Positions 1-10,791 of a stretch of DNA of 64,000 nt are shown here, in pieces; the stretch's first letter is position 1, and each line of letters begins with the position of its first letter. The notes beneath the pieces were generated by a model. The model worked only from the letters and a program-made list of their open reading frames with translations. It was not told the origin of the DNA and ran no database searches. The DNA is taken from contig CAVYZN010000017.1 of assembly GCA_963773065.1 (NCBI GenBank), positions 64,001-128,000 of the forward strand. Reading direction: 5' to 3'. The stretch is from an uncultured Gammaproteobacteria bacterium (GTDB taxonomy: Bacteria > Pseudomonadota > Gammaproteobacteria > UBA9214). A program made the position numbers and the translations under genes.

Positions 1-452
1 GCGACTGGGATATCATGAAACCGGCCGTCGATATGCTGGATAAATTCGGGATTCCCCATGAAGCCAGGGTCATCTCGGCACACCGCGCCACCGACCTGCT
101 GCTCGAGTACGCCGCCGGTTTACGCGAGCGCGGTTTTGTCTGCGCCATCGCCGGGGCCGGCGGCGCCGCCCACCTCGCCGGCGTGCTCGCCGCCAAGACC
201 ACCTTACCGGTGCTCGGTGTCCCCCTCCCGTCCAAGTATCTGAATGGCCTGGACTCGCTGCTCTCCACGGTGCAGATGCCCCAGGGCGTGCCCGTGGCTA
301 CTTTCGCCATCGGCGAGGCCGGCGCCGCCAATGCCGCGCTGTATGCCGTGAGCATAATCGCCGTCACCGATGCCGCCATGGCGGGCAAGCTGCAGGACTT
401 CCGCAAGCAACAGGAAGAGACGGTGCGCAACATGAAGCTGCCGCCGCCATGA
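1..452 (+). CDS. purE: N5-CAIR mutase PurE (5' end outside window)
   Basis: SAHR, AGAGGAAHLAG, GLDSLLSTVQMP and VATFAIG motifs; stop overlaps purK start. Confidence 0.95.
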   Translation, partial: DWDIMKPAVDMLDKFGIPHEARVISAHRATDLLLEYAAGLRERGFVCAIAGAGGAAHLAGVLAAKTTLPVLGVPLPSKYLNGLDSLLSTVQMPQGVPVATFAIGEAGAANAALYAVSIIAVTDAAMAGKLQDFRKQQEETVRNMKLPPP

Positions 453-1576
453 TCTTCCCCGACGCCACGCTGGGCATGATCGGCGGCGGCCAATTGGGCC
501 GCATGTTCACCATCGCCGCGCGCAGCATGGGTTACCGCGTTATCATCCTGGATCCCGATCCTCACAGCCCGGCCGGCAGGATCGCCGACCAGCACATCCA
601 GGCCGATTTCCACGATCATGCCGCACTCGACATGCTGGGTGACTCCTGTGTCGCCGTCACCAGCGAATTCGAAAACATTCCGGTGGAGAGCCTGTCCCGT
701 TTGCAGCGGCACTGCCCGGTGCATCCGGCGCCGGAAATAATCGCCATGACGCAGAACCGCCTGCGGGAAAAGAATTTCCTCGACGAACACGACTTCCCCA
801 TCGTGGCTTATTATCCCATCCAGACGGTCGATGACCTCGAGGAGGCCATGTCCGGGCTCGGGACGCCGGGCATCCTGAAGATCGCCCATCCGCGTTATCC
901 CGGTCACGGACGCCATGCGGTCGCCACCCTGGACGAGGCGGTCGAGGCGTTCCGGGAAATGGATGAGCAGCCCTGCCTGCTCGAAGAACGCCTCTTCGTC
1001 GAGAAACGCCTCTCCGTCATACTCGCGCGCAGCATCGACGGGGATATCGCGGTTTATCCGGTCGTGGAAAACCGCTATCGCAAGGGCATCCTGGATCTGT
1101 CACTGGCGCCGGCTGACATCACCACCGCGGCGGCGGACGCCGCGATCGAGCTGGCGTGCGATCTCGCCGATGAACTGGAATACTGCGGCGTGCTGTCGAC
1201 CGAGTTTTTCCTGACCGGTGAAGGGGATCTGCTGATCAACACCATCACGCCGCGACCGCACAACAGCGGCCACTACACCGTGGACGCCTGCATCACCTCA
1301 CAGTTCGAGCAGCAGGTGCGCATGATGTGCGGCCTGCCGCCGGGAGACACCCAACTGCTGTTATCCGTGGTGATGACCAACCTGCTGGGCGACCTGTGGA
1401 GCCGCGGCGACCCCAACTGGGAATCCGTGTTCCAGGAGCCGCAGGCCAAGCTGCACTTGTACGGCAAGCGCGAGGCCCGGCAGGGCCGCAAGATGGGCCA
1501 CATCAACTGCCTCGCCGAGGACACGGAGAGCGCACTGGAGATCGCCGAGTCGATCCGCAGCCATCTGATGCCCTGA
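449..1576 (+). CDS. purK: N5-CAIR synthase PurK-like ATP-grasp protein (divergent active site)
   Basis: GGGQLGRM, EFEN, PRPHNSGH, SQFEQ, HLYGK and RKMGH motifs; follows purE. Confidence 0.88.
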   Translation: MIFPDATLGMIGGGQLGRMFTIAARSMGYRVIILDPDPHSPAGRIADQHIQADFHDHAALDMLGDSCVAVTSEFENIPVESLSRLQRHCPVHPAPEIIAMTQNRLREKNFLDEHDFPIVAYYPIQTVDDLEEAMSGLGTPGILKIAHPRYPGHGRHAVATLDEAVEAFREMDEQPCLLEERLFVEKRLSVILARSIDGDIAVYPVVENRYRKGILDLSLAPADITTAAADAAIELACDLADELEYCGVLSTEFFLTGEGDLLINTITPRPHNSGHYTVDACITSQFEQQVRMMCGLPPGDTQLLLSVVMTNLLGDLWSRGDPNWESVFQEPQAKLHLYGKREARQGRKMGHINCLAEDTESALEIAESIRSHLMP

Positions 1577-1588
1577 ATCCTGCCGCCG

Positions 1589-2503
1589 TCACGGCGACGG
1601 CAATTGCAGCAACCGCGCCGCCTCCCGCAAGACAAATTCCCGGAAGCTCTGCGCCACGATCGACAGCCGCTTGCCTTCCCGGTACACGATGTACCAGTAA
1701 CGCATGATCGGAAACTTGACCACGTCCAGAACCACGAGTTGTCCCAGCGCCAGCTCCATCGCCAGGGTATGCAGGGACACCACCCCAAGCCCCAGCCCCG
1801 CCTCGACACTCTGTTTGATCGCCTCATTGCTGCTCATTTCCATCGGCGTCGCGAGTCGCAGTTTGTTCGCGGCGAAGTAGCGCTCCATGGCCGATCGCGT
1901 GCCGGAGCCCTGCTCGCGCACCAGGAAGGTCTCCTCCCGCAGCCGTTCCGGCGGGATGCGCTTTTCGGCCGCCAGGGGGTGGCCGGGCGGAGCGATGACC
2001 ACCAGCGGATTCTCCAGGAAGCGTTCCGCCACCAGATCCATCTCCGGTGGCGGCTGGCCCATGATGACGAGATCGTTGCGGTTCTCCACCAGGCCCTTCA
2101 GCAACTGCTCACGGTTGGTGACATCCAGGCTCACGCTCACGGCATCACCGTGTCGCTGGCAGAAAGTCGCCAGCAGACGCGGCACAAAATAGTTCGCGGT
2201 GCTGGCCACGGCGATGGACAAACGACCGCGCTTGAGGCCCTTCATCTCGTCCACCACCTGGTCCAGCTCTTCCAACTGGCTGGTAATGGCCGATGCGTAG
2301 CGGCTGAACTCGCGTCCGGCATCGGTCAGAAAAATCTTTTTGCCCAACTGCTCGAACAGGGGCAATCCCACCGCCTGCTCCAACTGTTTGATCTGCATGG
2401 ACACCGCCGGCTGCGTCAGATGCAGTTCTTCCGAGGCGCGGGTGAAGCTGAGGTGCCGCGCGACCGCCGCGAATATTTTCAATTGGCGAAAGGTGATGTG
2501 CAT
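1589..2503 (-). CDS. cbbR: LysR-family regulator, CbbR-like
   Basis: TFRQL..F, SFTRASEELHLTQPAVSMQIKQLE, REQGSGTR and SNEAIKQ are typical of CbbR. Confidence 0.75.
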   Translation of the reverse strand: MHITFRQLKIFAAVARHLSFTRASEELHLTQPAVSMQIKQLEQAVGLPLFEQLGKKIFLTDAGREFSRYASAITSQLEELDQVVDEMKGLKRGRLSIAVASTANYFVPRLLATFCQRHGDAVSVSLDVTNREQLLKGLVENRNDLVIMGQPPPEMDLVAERFLENPLVVIAPPGHPLAAEKRIPPERLREETFLVREQGSGTRSAMERYFAANKLRLATPMEMSSNEAIKQSVEAGLGLGVVSLHTLAMELALGQLVVLDVVKFPIMRYWYIVYREGKRLSIVAQSFREFVLREAARLLQLPSP

Positions 2504-2519
2504 GTACCGGCCGGGATCG

Positions 2520-2582
2520 GTGATTTCATCATAAGCAGCTTATACATTTCCCATAAACATCAAATCAAATTTATATCTGATA
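2520..2582. promoter_or_regulatory. AT-rich LysR-type operator upstream of cbbR
   Basis: ATAAGCAGCTTAT dyad and AT-rich tract just upstream of the LysR start. Confidence 0.5.
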
Positions 2583-2654
2583 CAGGCGTGGACTCACTGA
2601 CTTCCGGCAGGTCCACACCGGCATTAGGCAGCGCCACCGGGGTTGCCGGTATCC

Positions 2655-3197
2655 TCAACAACGCCGACCGAGTGTGAATTCGATGATCTCGCAATTACCG
2701 TAATGCAGTTCCAGCAGGGCCGCGTCGGGCAGCGCTCCAAAACAGGCTGTGAAAATCCGCAGCGTCTCCTCGTGCGCCACGACGAGCACCGTTTCTTCGG
2801 GCTGTTCGAGCAGCCAGTCGATGAACCCCGACACGCGCCGCTTGTAATCGAGCAGCGATTCACCGCCGTTGACGCGCCGGCGCAGGCGGTTGGAGCCGGT
2901 CGCGGCGAAATACTCCGCCACCGGACGGCCCTCAAAACCCGAGCGGATGTCATTGAGGGCGGGATGCGATTCCACCGGCGCGCGGTGATGGCGGTTGATG
3001 ATGTCGGCCGTCTGCCGGGTGCGCGGCAGTTCCGAGGTGATGATGCGCTCGATGGGCGCCGCTTTCAGCCGCTGCGCCGCCGCCTCGGCCTGGCGGATGC
3101 CCTCGGGCGTGAGGTGAACATCGCGCCCGGGGTCATCATTGCAGAGCCCGAGGCGGTTATAGTTGGTTTCACCGTGGCGCAGGCAGTAAAGCTTCAT
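2655..3197 (-). CDS. Histidine phosphatase family protein
   Basis: N-terminal LRHGET motif, SELPRTRQTA, GGES, VAH. Confidence 0.85.
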   Translation of the reverse strand: MKLYCLRHGETNYNRLGLCNDDPGRDVHLTPEGIRQAEAAAQRLKAAPIERIITSELPRTRQTADIINRHHRAPVESHPALNDIRSGFEGRPVAEYFAATGSNRLRRRVNGGESLLDYKRRVSGFIDWLLEQPEETVLVVAHEETLRIFTACFGALPDAALLELHYGNCEIIEFTLGRRC

Positions 3198-3303
3198 CGC
3201 GGTCTGCCGGTGTGTGCTGGAAACGCGCATGGCGGCCGGCCCCCTTGGTCCAGGCGATCGATACTGACTATAATCGTTGGCTCGCGCAATGAGGAGACAT
3301 TCC

Positions 3304-4089
3304 ATGCTCAGGGTCCTGGCAACCGGCCTCATCGGCCTGTCGATGCTTGCAGGCTGCGCCACTTCCCCCACCGGCCGCTCGCAACTGATGTTCATGCCGG
3401 AAAGTCAGATGACCCAGATGGGCCTGCAGGCATTCGACAACATCAAGAAGGAAACCCCCGTCGACAAGAACGTGACGACCAATGCCTATGTTCAGTGCGT
3501 CGGACAGGCCATCACCCGCGAGGTCGGCCGCGGCGGCTGGGAGATCGTGGTGTTCGAGGACAAGGACGCCAACGCCTTCGCCCTGCCCGGCAACAAGATC
3601 GGGGTCAACACCGGCCTGCTGAAGGTGGCCGAAAACCAGGATCAACTGGCCACGGTCATCGGTCACGAGGTCGCGCATGTCCTCTCCCACCATTCCAACG
3701 AGCGGGTATCGCAGAAATTCGCGGTGGAACAGGGGGTGGCGCTGATAAGCGCCATGGCCAGCCCGCGTTCGGGCGCCGGCCAGAGCGTGATGGGACTGCT
3801 GGGCGTGGGCGCCCAGTACGGCATCCTCATGCCCTATTCACGGATCCAGGAAAGCGAGGCCGATCAGCTCGGGCTGGACCTGATGGCGAAGGCCGGCTTC
3901 AATCCGCGCGAGAGCATCAATCTCTGGAAAAACATGACCCGTGCGGGCGGCGGCCAACCACCCGAGTTCCTGTCCACCCACCCTTCCCACAGCACGCGCA
4001 TCACCGACCTGAATGCGCACATGCCGGCCGCCCTGCGGCTGCAGCAGAAAGCCTTGCAACTCGGCAAGCACCCGTCCTGCCACCCATAA
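3304..4089 (+). CDS. M48 family metallopeptidase lipoprotein
   Basis: LAGC lipobox, NAFALPG, HEVAH, ESEAD, STHP; GAGGAG RBS. Confidence 0.9.
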   Translation: MLRVLATGLIGLSMLAGCATSPTGRSQLMFMPESQMTQMGLQAFDNIKKETPVDKNVTTNAYVQCVGQAITREVGRGGWEIVVFEDKDANAFALPGNKIGVNTGLLKVAENQDQLATVIGHEVAHVLSHHSNERVSQKFAVEQGVALISAMASPRSGAGQSVMGLLGVGAQYGILMPYSRIQESEADQLGLDLMAKAGFNPRESINLWKNMTRAGGGQPPEFLSTHPSHSTRITDLNAHMPAALRLQQKALQLGKHPSCHP

Positions 4090-4114
4090 GCCGCCCGGTC
4101 CGGGTGAGGAACAC

Positions 4115-5329
4115 ATGCCCATCACTGCCCTGAAGGAATTTCTCCAGAAGGAATCGACCGGCGGCCTGCTGATTATCGCCGCGGCCGTGCTGGCCATGCT
4201 TGCCGAGAACACGCCGCTCAAGTCCCTCTATGACGCCTGGCTGTCGACGCCGGTCGGCGTCCAGTTCGGCGCCTTCCTGCTTCAAAAACCCTTGCTGCTC
4301 TGGATCAATGACGGCCTGATGGCCGTGTTCTTCTTTCTGATCGGCCTCGAGATCAAGCGCGAATTTCTCGAGGGCGAGCTCTCCGACCGATCCCGCGTGG
4401 CCCTGCCCGCCATTGCCGCGGCGGGCGGCATGGCGGTGCCGGCCCTGGTGTATGTCGCGTTCAACCGCGGGGACGCCGCCGCGCTCAGCGGCTGGGCCAT
4501 ACCCACCGCAACCGACATCGCCTTCGCGCTGGGCGTGCTGTCGCTGCTCGGCGCCCGGGTGCCGAATTCCCTCAAGCTGTTCCTGCTGACGCTCGCCGTG
4601 CTCGATGACCTCGGCGCCATCGTCATCATCGCGCTGTTCTATAGCGCCGGTCTGTCCGTGAGTTCGCTCTACGTCGCCGCCGGCGCGCTGGCCGCGCTGC
4701 TGGTCATCAATCGGCGCGGCGTTGCCCGCATCGCGCCCTACCTCCTCGTCGGCCTGGTGCTCTGGGTCGCCGTACTCAAGTCCGGCGTCCATGCCACGCT
4801 GGCCGGCGTCATCCTGGCTTTCTTCATTCCCCTGCGCGGCGCCGGCGGCTCGCCCCTCGCCCACCTCGAGCATCTGCTGCACCCGTACGTCGCCTTCCTG
4901 ATACTGCCGCTATTCGCCTTCGCCAACACGGGCATCTCGCTCGCGGGGCTCTCGCCGCAGTCGCTGCTCCATCCCGTGCCGCTCGGCATCGCCGCGGGCC
5001 TGCTCATCGGGAAGCAGACCGGCGTGTTCGGATTCTCCTGGCTTGCCATAAAACTGGGACTCGGCAAGCTTCCCGAAGGCGCCGGCTGGGCCGCCCTGTA
5101 CGGTATCGCCGCGCTCTGCGGCATCGGCTTCACCATGAGCCTGTTCATCGGCTCCCTCGCCGCCGAGCAGGCAGGCACGGCGATGCTGGTCGACAACCGG
5201 CTGGGTATCCTGGGCGGCTCGGTCCTTTCCGCCATCATCGGTTACCTGGTGCTCTCGTATGCGCTGGGGCATAACCACGGCGCGGAAAATTCCCGGGCGC
5301 ACACCGGCACGCCGGGAGCGGACGAATAA
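4115..5329 (+). CDS. nhaA: Na+/H+ antiporter NhaA
   Basis: [43 protein letters not shown]. Confidence 0.95.
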   Translation: MPITALKEFLQKESTGGLLIIAAAVLAMLAENTPLKSLYDAWLSTPVGVQFGAFLLQKPLLLWINDGLMAVFFFLIGLEIKREFLEGELSDRSRVALPAIAAAGGMAVPALVYVAFNRGDAAALSGWAIPTATDIAFALGVLSLLGARVPNSLKLFLLTLAVLDDLGAIVIIALFYSAGLSVSSLYVAAGALAALLVINRRGVARIAPYLLVGLVLWVAVLKSGVHATLAGVILAFFIPLRGAGGSPLAHLEHLLHPYVAFLILPLFAFANTGISLAGLSPQSLLHPVPLGIAAGLLIGKQTGVFGFSWLAIKLGLGKLPEGAGWAALYGIAALCGIGFTMSLFIGSLAAEQAGTAMLVDNRLGILGGSVLSAIIGYLVLSYALGHNHGAENSRAHTGTPGADE

Positions 5330-5353
5330 GCCCTGCGGGGCTGAGTGCAGGCC

Positions 5354-5725
5354 ATGCCATACGGCGTGCTGGCGGAACTGGTGCTGGTCGTTCACGCCGC
5401 GTTCATCGTCTTCGTCCTGCTCGGCGGCCTGCTGGCCCTGAAGTGGCGCGCGCTGCCGTGGTTCCATGTGCCGTGTGTGCTGTGGAGCATCGTGGTCGAG
5501 CTGCGCGGCTGGATCTGTCCGCTGACGCCGCTCGAGAACCATTTCCGCGAGGCCGCGGGCGCGCGCGGCTACAGCGGAGGCTTTATCGAACACTACCTGC
5601 TGCCGCTCATCTATCCGTCCGGGCTGACCCCCGGCAGGCAGGCGCTGTTCGCCGCGATCCTGCTAGGCGTCAATCTCGCCGTCTACGGACTGCTGTGGTG
5701 GAACTGGCGCCGCCGTTCCCGCTGA
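5354..5725 (+). CDS. DUF2784-like membrane protein
   Basis: CPLTPLEN and GFIEHYL motifs with hydrophobic helices. Confidence 0.75.
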   Translation: MPYGVLAELVLVVHAAFIVFVLLGGLLALKWRALPWFHVPCVLWSIVVELRGWICPLTPLENHFREAAGARGYSGGFIEHYLLPLIYPSGLTPGRQALFAAILLGVNLAVYGLLWWNWRRRSR

Positions 5726-5845
5726 TGCAATGCCGCCCGCCGGCGCCGCCACGGTCGTGCGCCGGAATAACATCGAACCGCCCGCGCGGGGTAAGATGCG
5801 CGTATCGGCGCAAGGAACCATCAATGAATCCCAGGGAGAGTCACG

Positions 5846-6028
5846 ATGGAATCTGGCGGTATATTCGGGATACTCGTCCTGCTGGCGGATGTCTGGGCCA
5901 TACTGCACATCTTTCAAAGCCGGAGCGGCACCGGCAAAAAAGCCCTGTGGATCGTTCTGGTCCTCGTGCTGCCGCTGCTCGGGGTCATCATCTGGTATTT
6001 CACCGGGCCGCGCGAGCATGCCAACTGA
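5846..6028 (+). CDS. Small membrane protein, PLDc N-terminal-like domain
   Basis: D.WAI..I..S...K.LW..LV..LP.LG...W...GP pattern. Confidence 0.7.
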   Translation: MESGGIFGILVLLADVWAILHIFQSRSGTGKKALWIVLVLVLPLLGVIIWYFTGPREHAN

Positions 6029-6070
6029 GCGGGCGCCTGTTAATGAACCTGCACACGACAACGAGACACC

Positions 6071-6496
6071 ATGGGCATCATCGACAAACTGTTCGGCCGG
6101 CGGCCACAACGCGCAACCCCGCTCGATGAGGCGCGCAAGATCCTCGAGCGCTACACCAGCGCGACGCTGGCGGGCGTCGACCCGGAAGACATCGGCCGCT
6201 ACCCGCCCAAACAGCGCCAGGCGATGGCCTTTCACTTCGGCGCCATCCAGTACCTGGCCGATGAGTACGAGCTCGACGAGACCCGGACCCTGGCCCTGTT
6301 CGTCATGTTCCTGAACCGGTATTTCAGCCTGCCGGTCACCGAAACCGGCAGCATCAGCCAACTGCTGGACGGTTTCCAGGCCAATCCGCGGGAACGCGAG
6401 TTCCTCGCGGCGGGGGTGGAGATATTCAGGCGCTGGCATCTGCAGAACGATCGCCGCGCCCCCCTTCAGCTCGGTGAAATGCTGAAACGGGGATGA
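6071..6496 (+). CDS. Hypothetical protein
   Basis: 141-aa ORF with host-like codon usage and RBS. Confidence 0.6.
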   Translation: MGIIDKLFGRRPQRATPLDEARKILERYTSATLAGVDPEDIGRYPPKQRQAMAFHFGAIQYLADEYELDETRTLALFVMFLNRYFSLPVTETGSISQLLDGFQANPREREFLAAGVEIFRRWHLQNDRRAPLQLGEMLKRG

Positions 6497-6571
6497 GCGG
6501 CGCGCCGTGCGCACGTGCCCGACTGCTGGTAGCCCGTCCCGCGCTGGAATCAGCACATCGAGCGGTTCGGC

Positions 6572-6678
6572 GTGAAAAGTGAGAAGTGAGAAGTGAACCT
6601 GCTCAGTGAGATGCGGTGCTTTCCTGGCGAGAATCCCGAATTTTCTTACTTCTTACTTCTTACTTCTTCACTTTTCAC
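6572..6678. repeat. Inverted heptamer-repeat element (AAGTGAG / CTTACTT)
   Basis: GTGAAAAGTGAGAAGTGAGAAGTGAA at 6572 pairs imperfectly with TTCTTACTTCTTACTTCTTCACTTTTCAC ending 6678. Confidence 0.75.
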
Positions 6679-6745
6679 TTACCCGGTATTTTGCCGCTAC
6701 ACGGCCGGTGCGACTCTGATAGAATCCGGCACTTGGTTGATTGAC

Positions 6746-8656
6746 ATGCCCAAGACGACTTACCCGCTGCTCCATCGTATCGATTCCCCCGCCGACCTGC
6801 GCCGTCTCGGGGCGGGCGAACTCGTACAGCTCGCCGCCGAACTGCGCGGATTTCTGATCGAATCGGTCGCCAACACCGGCGGGCACCTCGCCGCCGGGCT
6901 GGGGACCGTCGAACTGACCATTGCCCTGCACTACGTGTTCAATACCCCGCACGACCGGCTGGTCTGGGATATCGGGCACCAGGCCTATCCCCACAAGATT
7001 CTGACCGGACGGCGCGACGCCATGCCCGGCCTGCGCCGCCAGGACGGGTTGAGCGGGTTCCTGAGCCGGCAGGAGAGCGAATACGACGCCTTCGGCGCCG
7101 GTCATTCCAGCACCTCGATCAGCGCCGCCCTGGGCATGGCGGTGGCCGCTGCCCATGCCGGGTCCGGGCGCAAGGCCGTGGCGATCATCGGCGATGGCGC
7201 CATGACGGCCGGCATGGCCTTCGAGGCGCTCAACAATGCCGGCGACCTGGACTGCGACCTGCTGGTGATCCTGAACGACAACGAGATGTCCATATCGCGC
7301 AACCACGGCGCGATGCACAACTATCTCGCCAGGATCCTGTCCAGCCGTTTCTATGCCGGCGTGCGCGAGGGCAGCAAGAGCATTCTGAACATCCTGCCGG
7401 GCGCGCGGCAATTCTTCGGGCGCTGGGAAGAGCACATGAAGGGCATGCTGCTGCCCGGCACCCTGTTCGAGGAACTGGGGTTCAATTACATCGGCCCGAT
7501 CGACGGGCACGACCTGCCGACCTTGATCACCACGCTCGGCAACCTGCGCGCACTCAAAGGCCGCCAGTTCCTGCACGTCGTTACTCAGAAGGGGAAGGGC
7601 TATCATCCCGCCGAACAGGACCCCTGCAATTATCACGGCGTCGCGCCGTTTGACCGGAAGACCGGCCAGCAGCAAACCGCCCCGGGCAGCAAAAACTACA
7701 CCCGCATCTTCGGTGACTGGCTGTGCGACATGGCGGATGCCGATCAACGCCTGATCGGCATCACCCCGGCCATGTGCGAGGGCTCCGGGCTGGCGCGCTT
7801 CGCGCAGCGGCACCCGGAGCGCTACCATGATGTCGGCATCGCCGAACAGCATGCGCTAACGTTCGCGGCGGGGCTGGCTTGCGAAGGACTGAAACCGGTC
7901 GTCGCCATCTATTCGACCTTTCTGCAGCGCGCTTATGACCAGCTCATCCATGACATCGCGCTGCAGAACCTCGACGTCACTTTCGCCATCGACCGCGCCG
8001 GGCTGGTCGGGGCCGACGGCGCCACCCATGGCGGGGCGTTCGATCTGAGTTTCCTGCGCTGCATACCCAACCTGCTGGTCATGGCGCCGGCCGATGAACG
8101 GGAATGCCGCCGCCTGCTGTCCACGGCCTACCGGCACGCCGGTCCGGCCGCGGTGCGCTACCCGCGCGGCGCCGGTCCGGGCGCGGTGGTCGATACGGAC
8201 CTGGAAACCCTGCCCATCGGCAAGGCCGAGGTTCGCCGCAACGGCCGGCGCATCGCGATCCTGGCCTTCGGCAGTCGCGTGGCGCCGGCGCTGGAGGCCG
8301 GTGAACGCCTCGATGCGACCGTGGTCAACATGCGGTTCGTGAAGCCGCTGGATGCGCAATTGGTCAGCGAACTCGCCGCCACGCACGAGCTGATCGTGAG
8401 CGTCGAGGAAAACGCCGTCCAGGGCGGCGCCGGCTCGGCGGTCAATGAAGCGCTGCTGGCGGGCGGCCACGCGGTCCACATCCTCAACCTGGGTATCCCC
8501 GACCGTTTCATCGGGCATGGCGACCAGCAGCAGCAACTGGCCGAATGCGGCCTGGACGCCGGCGGTATCCAGGCCGCCATCGAGGCCGCCTGCGCCGCGC
8601 TGCCGCAACCGGCCGGTTCCCCGGCCGCGAAGCAGGGCCAGAAAGCCATTGGATAA
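6746..8656 (+). CDS. dxs: 1-deoxy-D-xylulose-5-phosphate synthase
   Basis: [64 protein letters not shown]. Confidence 0.97.
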   Translation: MPKTTYPLLHRIDSPADLRRLGAGELVQLAAELRGFLIESVANTGGHLAAGLGTVELTIALHYVFNTPHDRLVWDIGHQAYPHKILTGRRDAMPGLRRQDGLSGFLSRQESEYDAFGAGHSSTSISAALGMAVAAAHAGSGRKAVAIIGDGAMTAGMAFEALNNAGDLDCDLLVILNDNEMSISRNHGAMHNYLARILSSRFYAGVREGSKSILNILPGARQFFGRWEEHMKGMLLPGTLFEELGFNYIGPIDGHDLPTLITTLGNLRALKGRQFLHVVTQKGKGYHPAEQDPCNYHGVAPFDRKTGQQQTAPGSKNYTRIFGDWLCDMADADQRLIGITPAMCEGSGLARFAQRHPERYHDVGIAEQHALTFAAGLACEGLKPVVAIYSTFLQRAYDQLIHDIALQNLDVTFAIDRAGLVGADGATHGGAFDLSFLRCIPNLLVMAPADERECRRLLSTAYRHAGPAAVRYPRGAGPGAVVDTDLETLPIGKAEVRRNGRRIAILAFGSRVAPALEAGERLDATVVNMRFVKPLDAQLVSELAATHELIVSVEENAVQGGAGSAVNEALLAGGHAVHILNLGIPDRFIGHGDQQQQLAECGLDAGGIQAAIEAACAALPQPAGSPAAKQGQKAIG

Positions 8657-8954
8657 GACCAAGCGCTACGTCGGCATCCACCATGACAACGCCGGCGGCA
8701 TGACCAGCGCCGGCAACATCATCCGCGACGCCTGGGTGTTCGGCCTGCTGCCCGAGGAGGAGACCTGCGCTGGCTGGTCGCACGGTGAGCTCGATGCGCT
8801 CTACGACAAGGTCGCCAAGGCGTGGGAACCGTACGGCCACCTCGCGTCGAACCTGCCGGATGAATTGCGCGGCCGACACGCGCGCATCTACGCGGCGGCC
8901 ACGCGGTATGCCCGCGAGCACGGCTGGAACCCGGAACTCGACGACGAGGAGTAG
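8649..8954 (+). CDS. Conserved hypothetical protein (TTG start overlapping dxs stop)
   Basis: [26 protein letters not shown] segment reads as a globular protein; start inferred. Confidence 0.6.
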   Translation: MDKTKRYVGIHHDNAGGMTSAGNIIRDAWVFGLLPEEETCAGWSHGELDALYDKVAKAWEPYGHLASNLPDELRGRHARIYAAATRYAREHGWNPELDDEE

Positions 8955-9078
8955 CGCTGCGTGTCGCTCCCGCGATTAGCGTCAGCGGCGCAGCCCTCGA
9001 CCCGACGCCACTATCCAGAGACAATCACCCTGGCTTGCTTCATCGACAACAAGGCGCTTTGATTCCAGGTACAAGACC

Positions 9079-10791
9079 ATGCCTCACAGCGTTACCTTGA
9101 TCACCACCATCGCCGCCAGCCTGGGGCTTGCCCTGATTCTGGGACTCGTCGCCGATCGCCTGAAGCTGCCGGCGCTGGTCGGTTACCTGATTGCCGGTGT
9201 CATGATCGGACCCGCCACACCGGGTTTCGTTGCCGACATCGAGATATCGCGCCAACTGGCCGAGATCGGCGTCATTTTGCTGATGTTCGGTGTCGGCCTG
9301 CACTTTTCGCTCGATGACCTGTTGGCCGTGCGCCGCATCGCCCTGCCCGGCGCGATTGCCCAGATCGTGGTGGCCACGGCTCTCGGCGCGGGGGTCGCGA
9401 CCTTCTGGGGCTGGAGCCTGGGGGCGGGCCTCGTGTTCGGTCTGGCGCTTTCCGTGGCGAGCACGGTCGTCCTGCTCAGGGCGCTGGAGCAGCGTGACGA
9501 ACTGCGCTCCGTCAACGGCCGGATCGCGGTCGGCTGGCTGGTGGTCGAGGATCTGGCGATGGTACTGGTACTCGTGCTGCTGCCCCCGCTCGCCGGATGG
9601 CTCGGCGGCGGCGATGGCGCTCACGCCGGGGGTGCGCTCGATGGGGCGTTAGCGAAGACGCTCGTGATCACCCTCGTGGAGATTTCGATCTTCGTCGCCC
9701 TCATGCTGGTCGTCGGACGACGGGTGTTCCCGTGGCTGCTCTGGCATGTGGCCGGCACCGGCTCGCGCGAGCTGTTTACCCTGTGCGTGATCGCGGCGGC
9801 GGTGGGGATCGCCTACGGCTCCACGCAGCTCTTCGGCGTCTCCTATGCGCTCGGCGCCTTCTTCGCCGGCATGGTCATGAGAGAGTCCCCGCTGAGCCAT
9901 CGGGCCGCCGAAGAATCCCTGCCGCTCAGAGACGCGTTCTCGGTTCTGTTCTTCGTGTCGGTGGGAATGCTGTTCGATCCCGCCGTCCTGATACAGCAGC
10001 CGCTCCAGGTGGGCGTCGTCCTCGCGATCATCGTGGTCGGCAAATCGCTCGCCGCCTTCCTGCTCGTCCTTGCCTTCCGCTATCCGCTCAACACGGCGCT
10101 CACGGTATCGGCAAGCCTCGCGCAGATCGGCGAGTTCTCGTTCATCCTGGCGGGACTCGGGGTTTCCCTCGGACTTCTCCCGCGCGAGGGTCAGAGTCTC
10201 ATACTGGCGGGGGCGCTCATTTCGATTGCGCTCAATCCCCTGGTATTCCGGACCATCGAGCCCGCGCAAGCCTGGATTCGACCACGCTCAAAGCTCGCGC
10301 GCGCCCTGGAACGCACCGATGATCCCCTGGCGGAGTTGCCGATGACGGTCAAGTGGGACCAGTTAACGGACCATGTGGTGCTCATCGGCTACGGCCGCGT
10401 CGGCCGGCGTATCGGCGAAGCGCTGACCGAACACGAGATACCGTTCGTCGTGGCCGAGCAGAATCGTCAGTTGGTCGAGAAGTTGCGGGAACGCGGAATC
10501 CATGCCGTCGCGGGCGATGCCTCGGACCCGGTCATCCTCGTTCAAGCGCATATCGCGCGGGCCCGCATGCTGGTGATCGCGGCCCCCGATACGTTTCGCG
10601 CGCGGCGCATGATCGAGTTCACCCGCATACTCAACCCGAAAATCGAGATTTTGGTGCGCACGCATAGCGAAGAAGAGGCGCTGCTGCTGCGAAGCGAGAA
10701 TGCGGGAACGGTATTTCTCGGCGAGCACGAGCTTGCGCTCAGCATGACGCGCCACGTGCTGGAAAAGGCCGCTGCCGGGCAAGGGTGGTAG
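9079..10791 (+). CDS. ybaL: Kef-type cation:proton antiporter (CPA2) with TrkA-N domain, YbaL-like
   Basis: MPHSVTLITTIA start, LAEIGVILLMFGVGLHFS, QIGEFSFILA, GYGRVG. Confidence 0.85.
   Translation: MPHSVTLITTIAASLGLALILGLVADRLKLPALVGYLIAGVMIGPATPGFVADIEISRQLAEIGVILLMFGVGLHFSLDDLLAVRRIALPGAIAQIVVATALGAGVATFWGWSLGAGLVFGLALSVASTVVLLRALEQRDELRSVNGRIAVGWLVVEDLAMVLVLVLLPPLAGWLGGGDGAHAGGALDGALAKTLVITLVEISIFVALMLVVGRRVFPWLLWHVAGTGSRELFTLCVIAAAVGIAYGSTQLFGVSYALGAFFAGMVMRESPLSHRAAEESLPLRDAFSVLFFVSVGMLFDPAVLIQQPLQVGVVLAIIVVGKSLAAFLLVLAFRYPLNTALTVSASLAQIGEFSFILAGLGVSLGLLPREGQSLILAGALISIALNPLVFRTIEPAQAWIRPRSKLARALERTDDPLAELPMTVKWDQLTDHVVLIGYGRVGRRIGEALTEHEIPFVVAEQNRQLVEKLRERGIHAVAGDASDPVILVQAHIARARMLVIAAPDTFRARRMIEFTRILNPKIEILVRTHSEEEALLLRSENAGTVFLGEHELALSMTRHVLEKAAAGQGW

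Noticed and set aside
6593-6745. N-terminal extension of Dxs in the ORF track
   Set aside because: It translates the heptamer repeat element; homology starts near the ATG at 6746.
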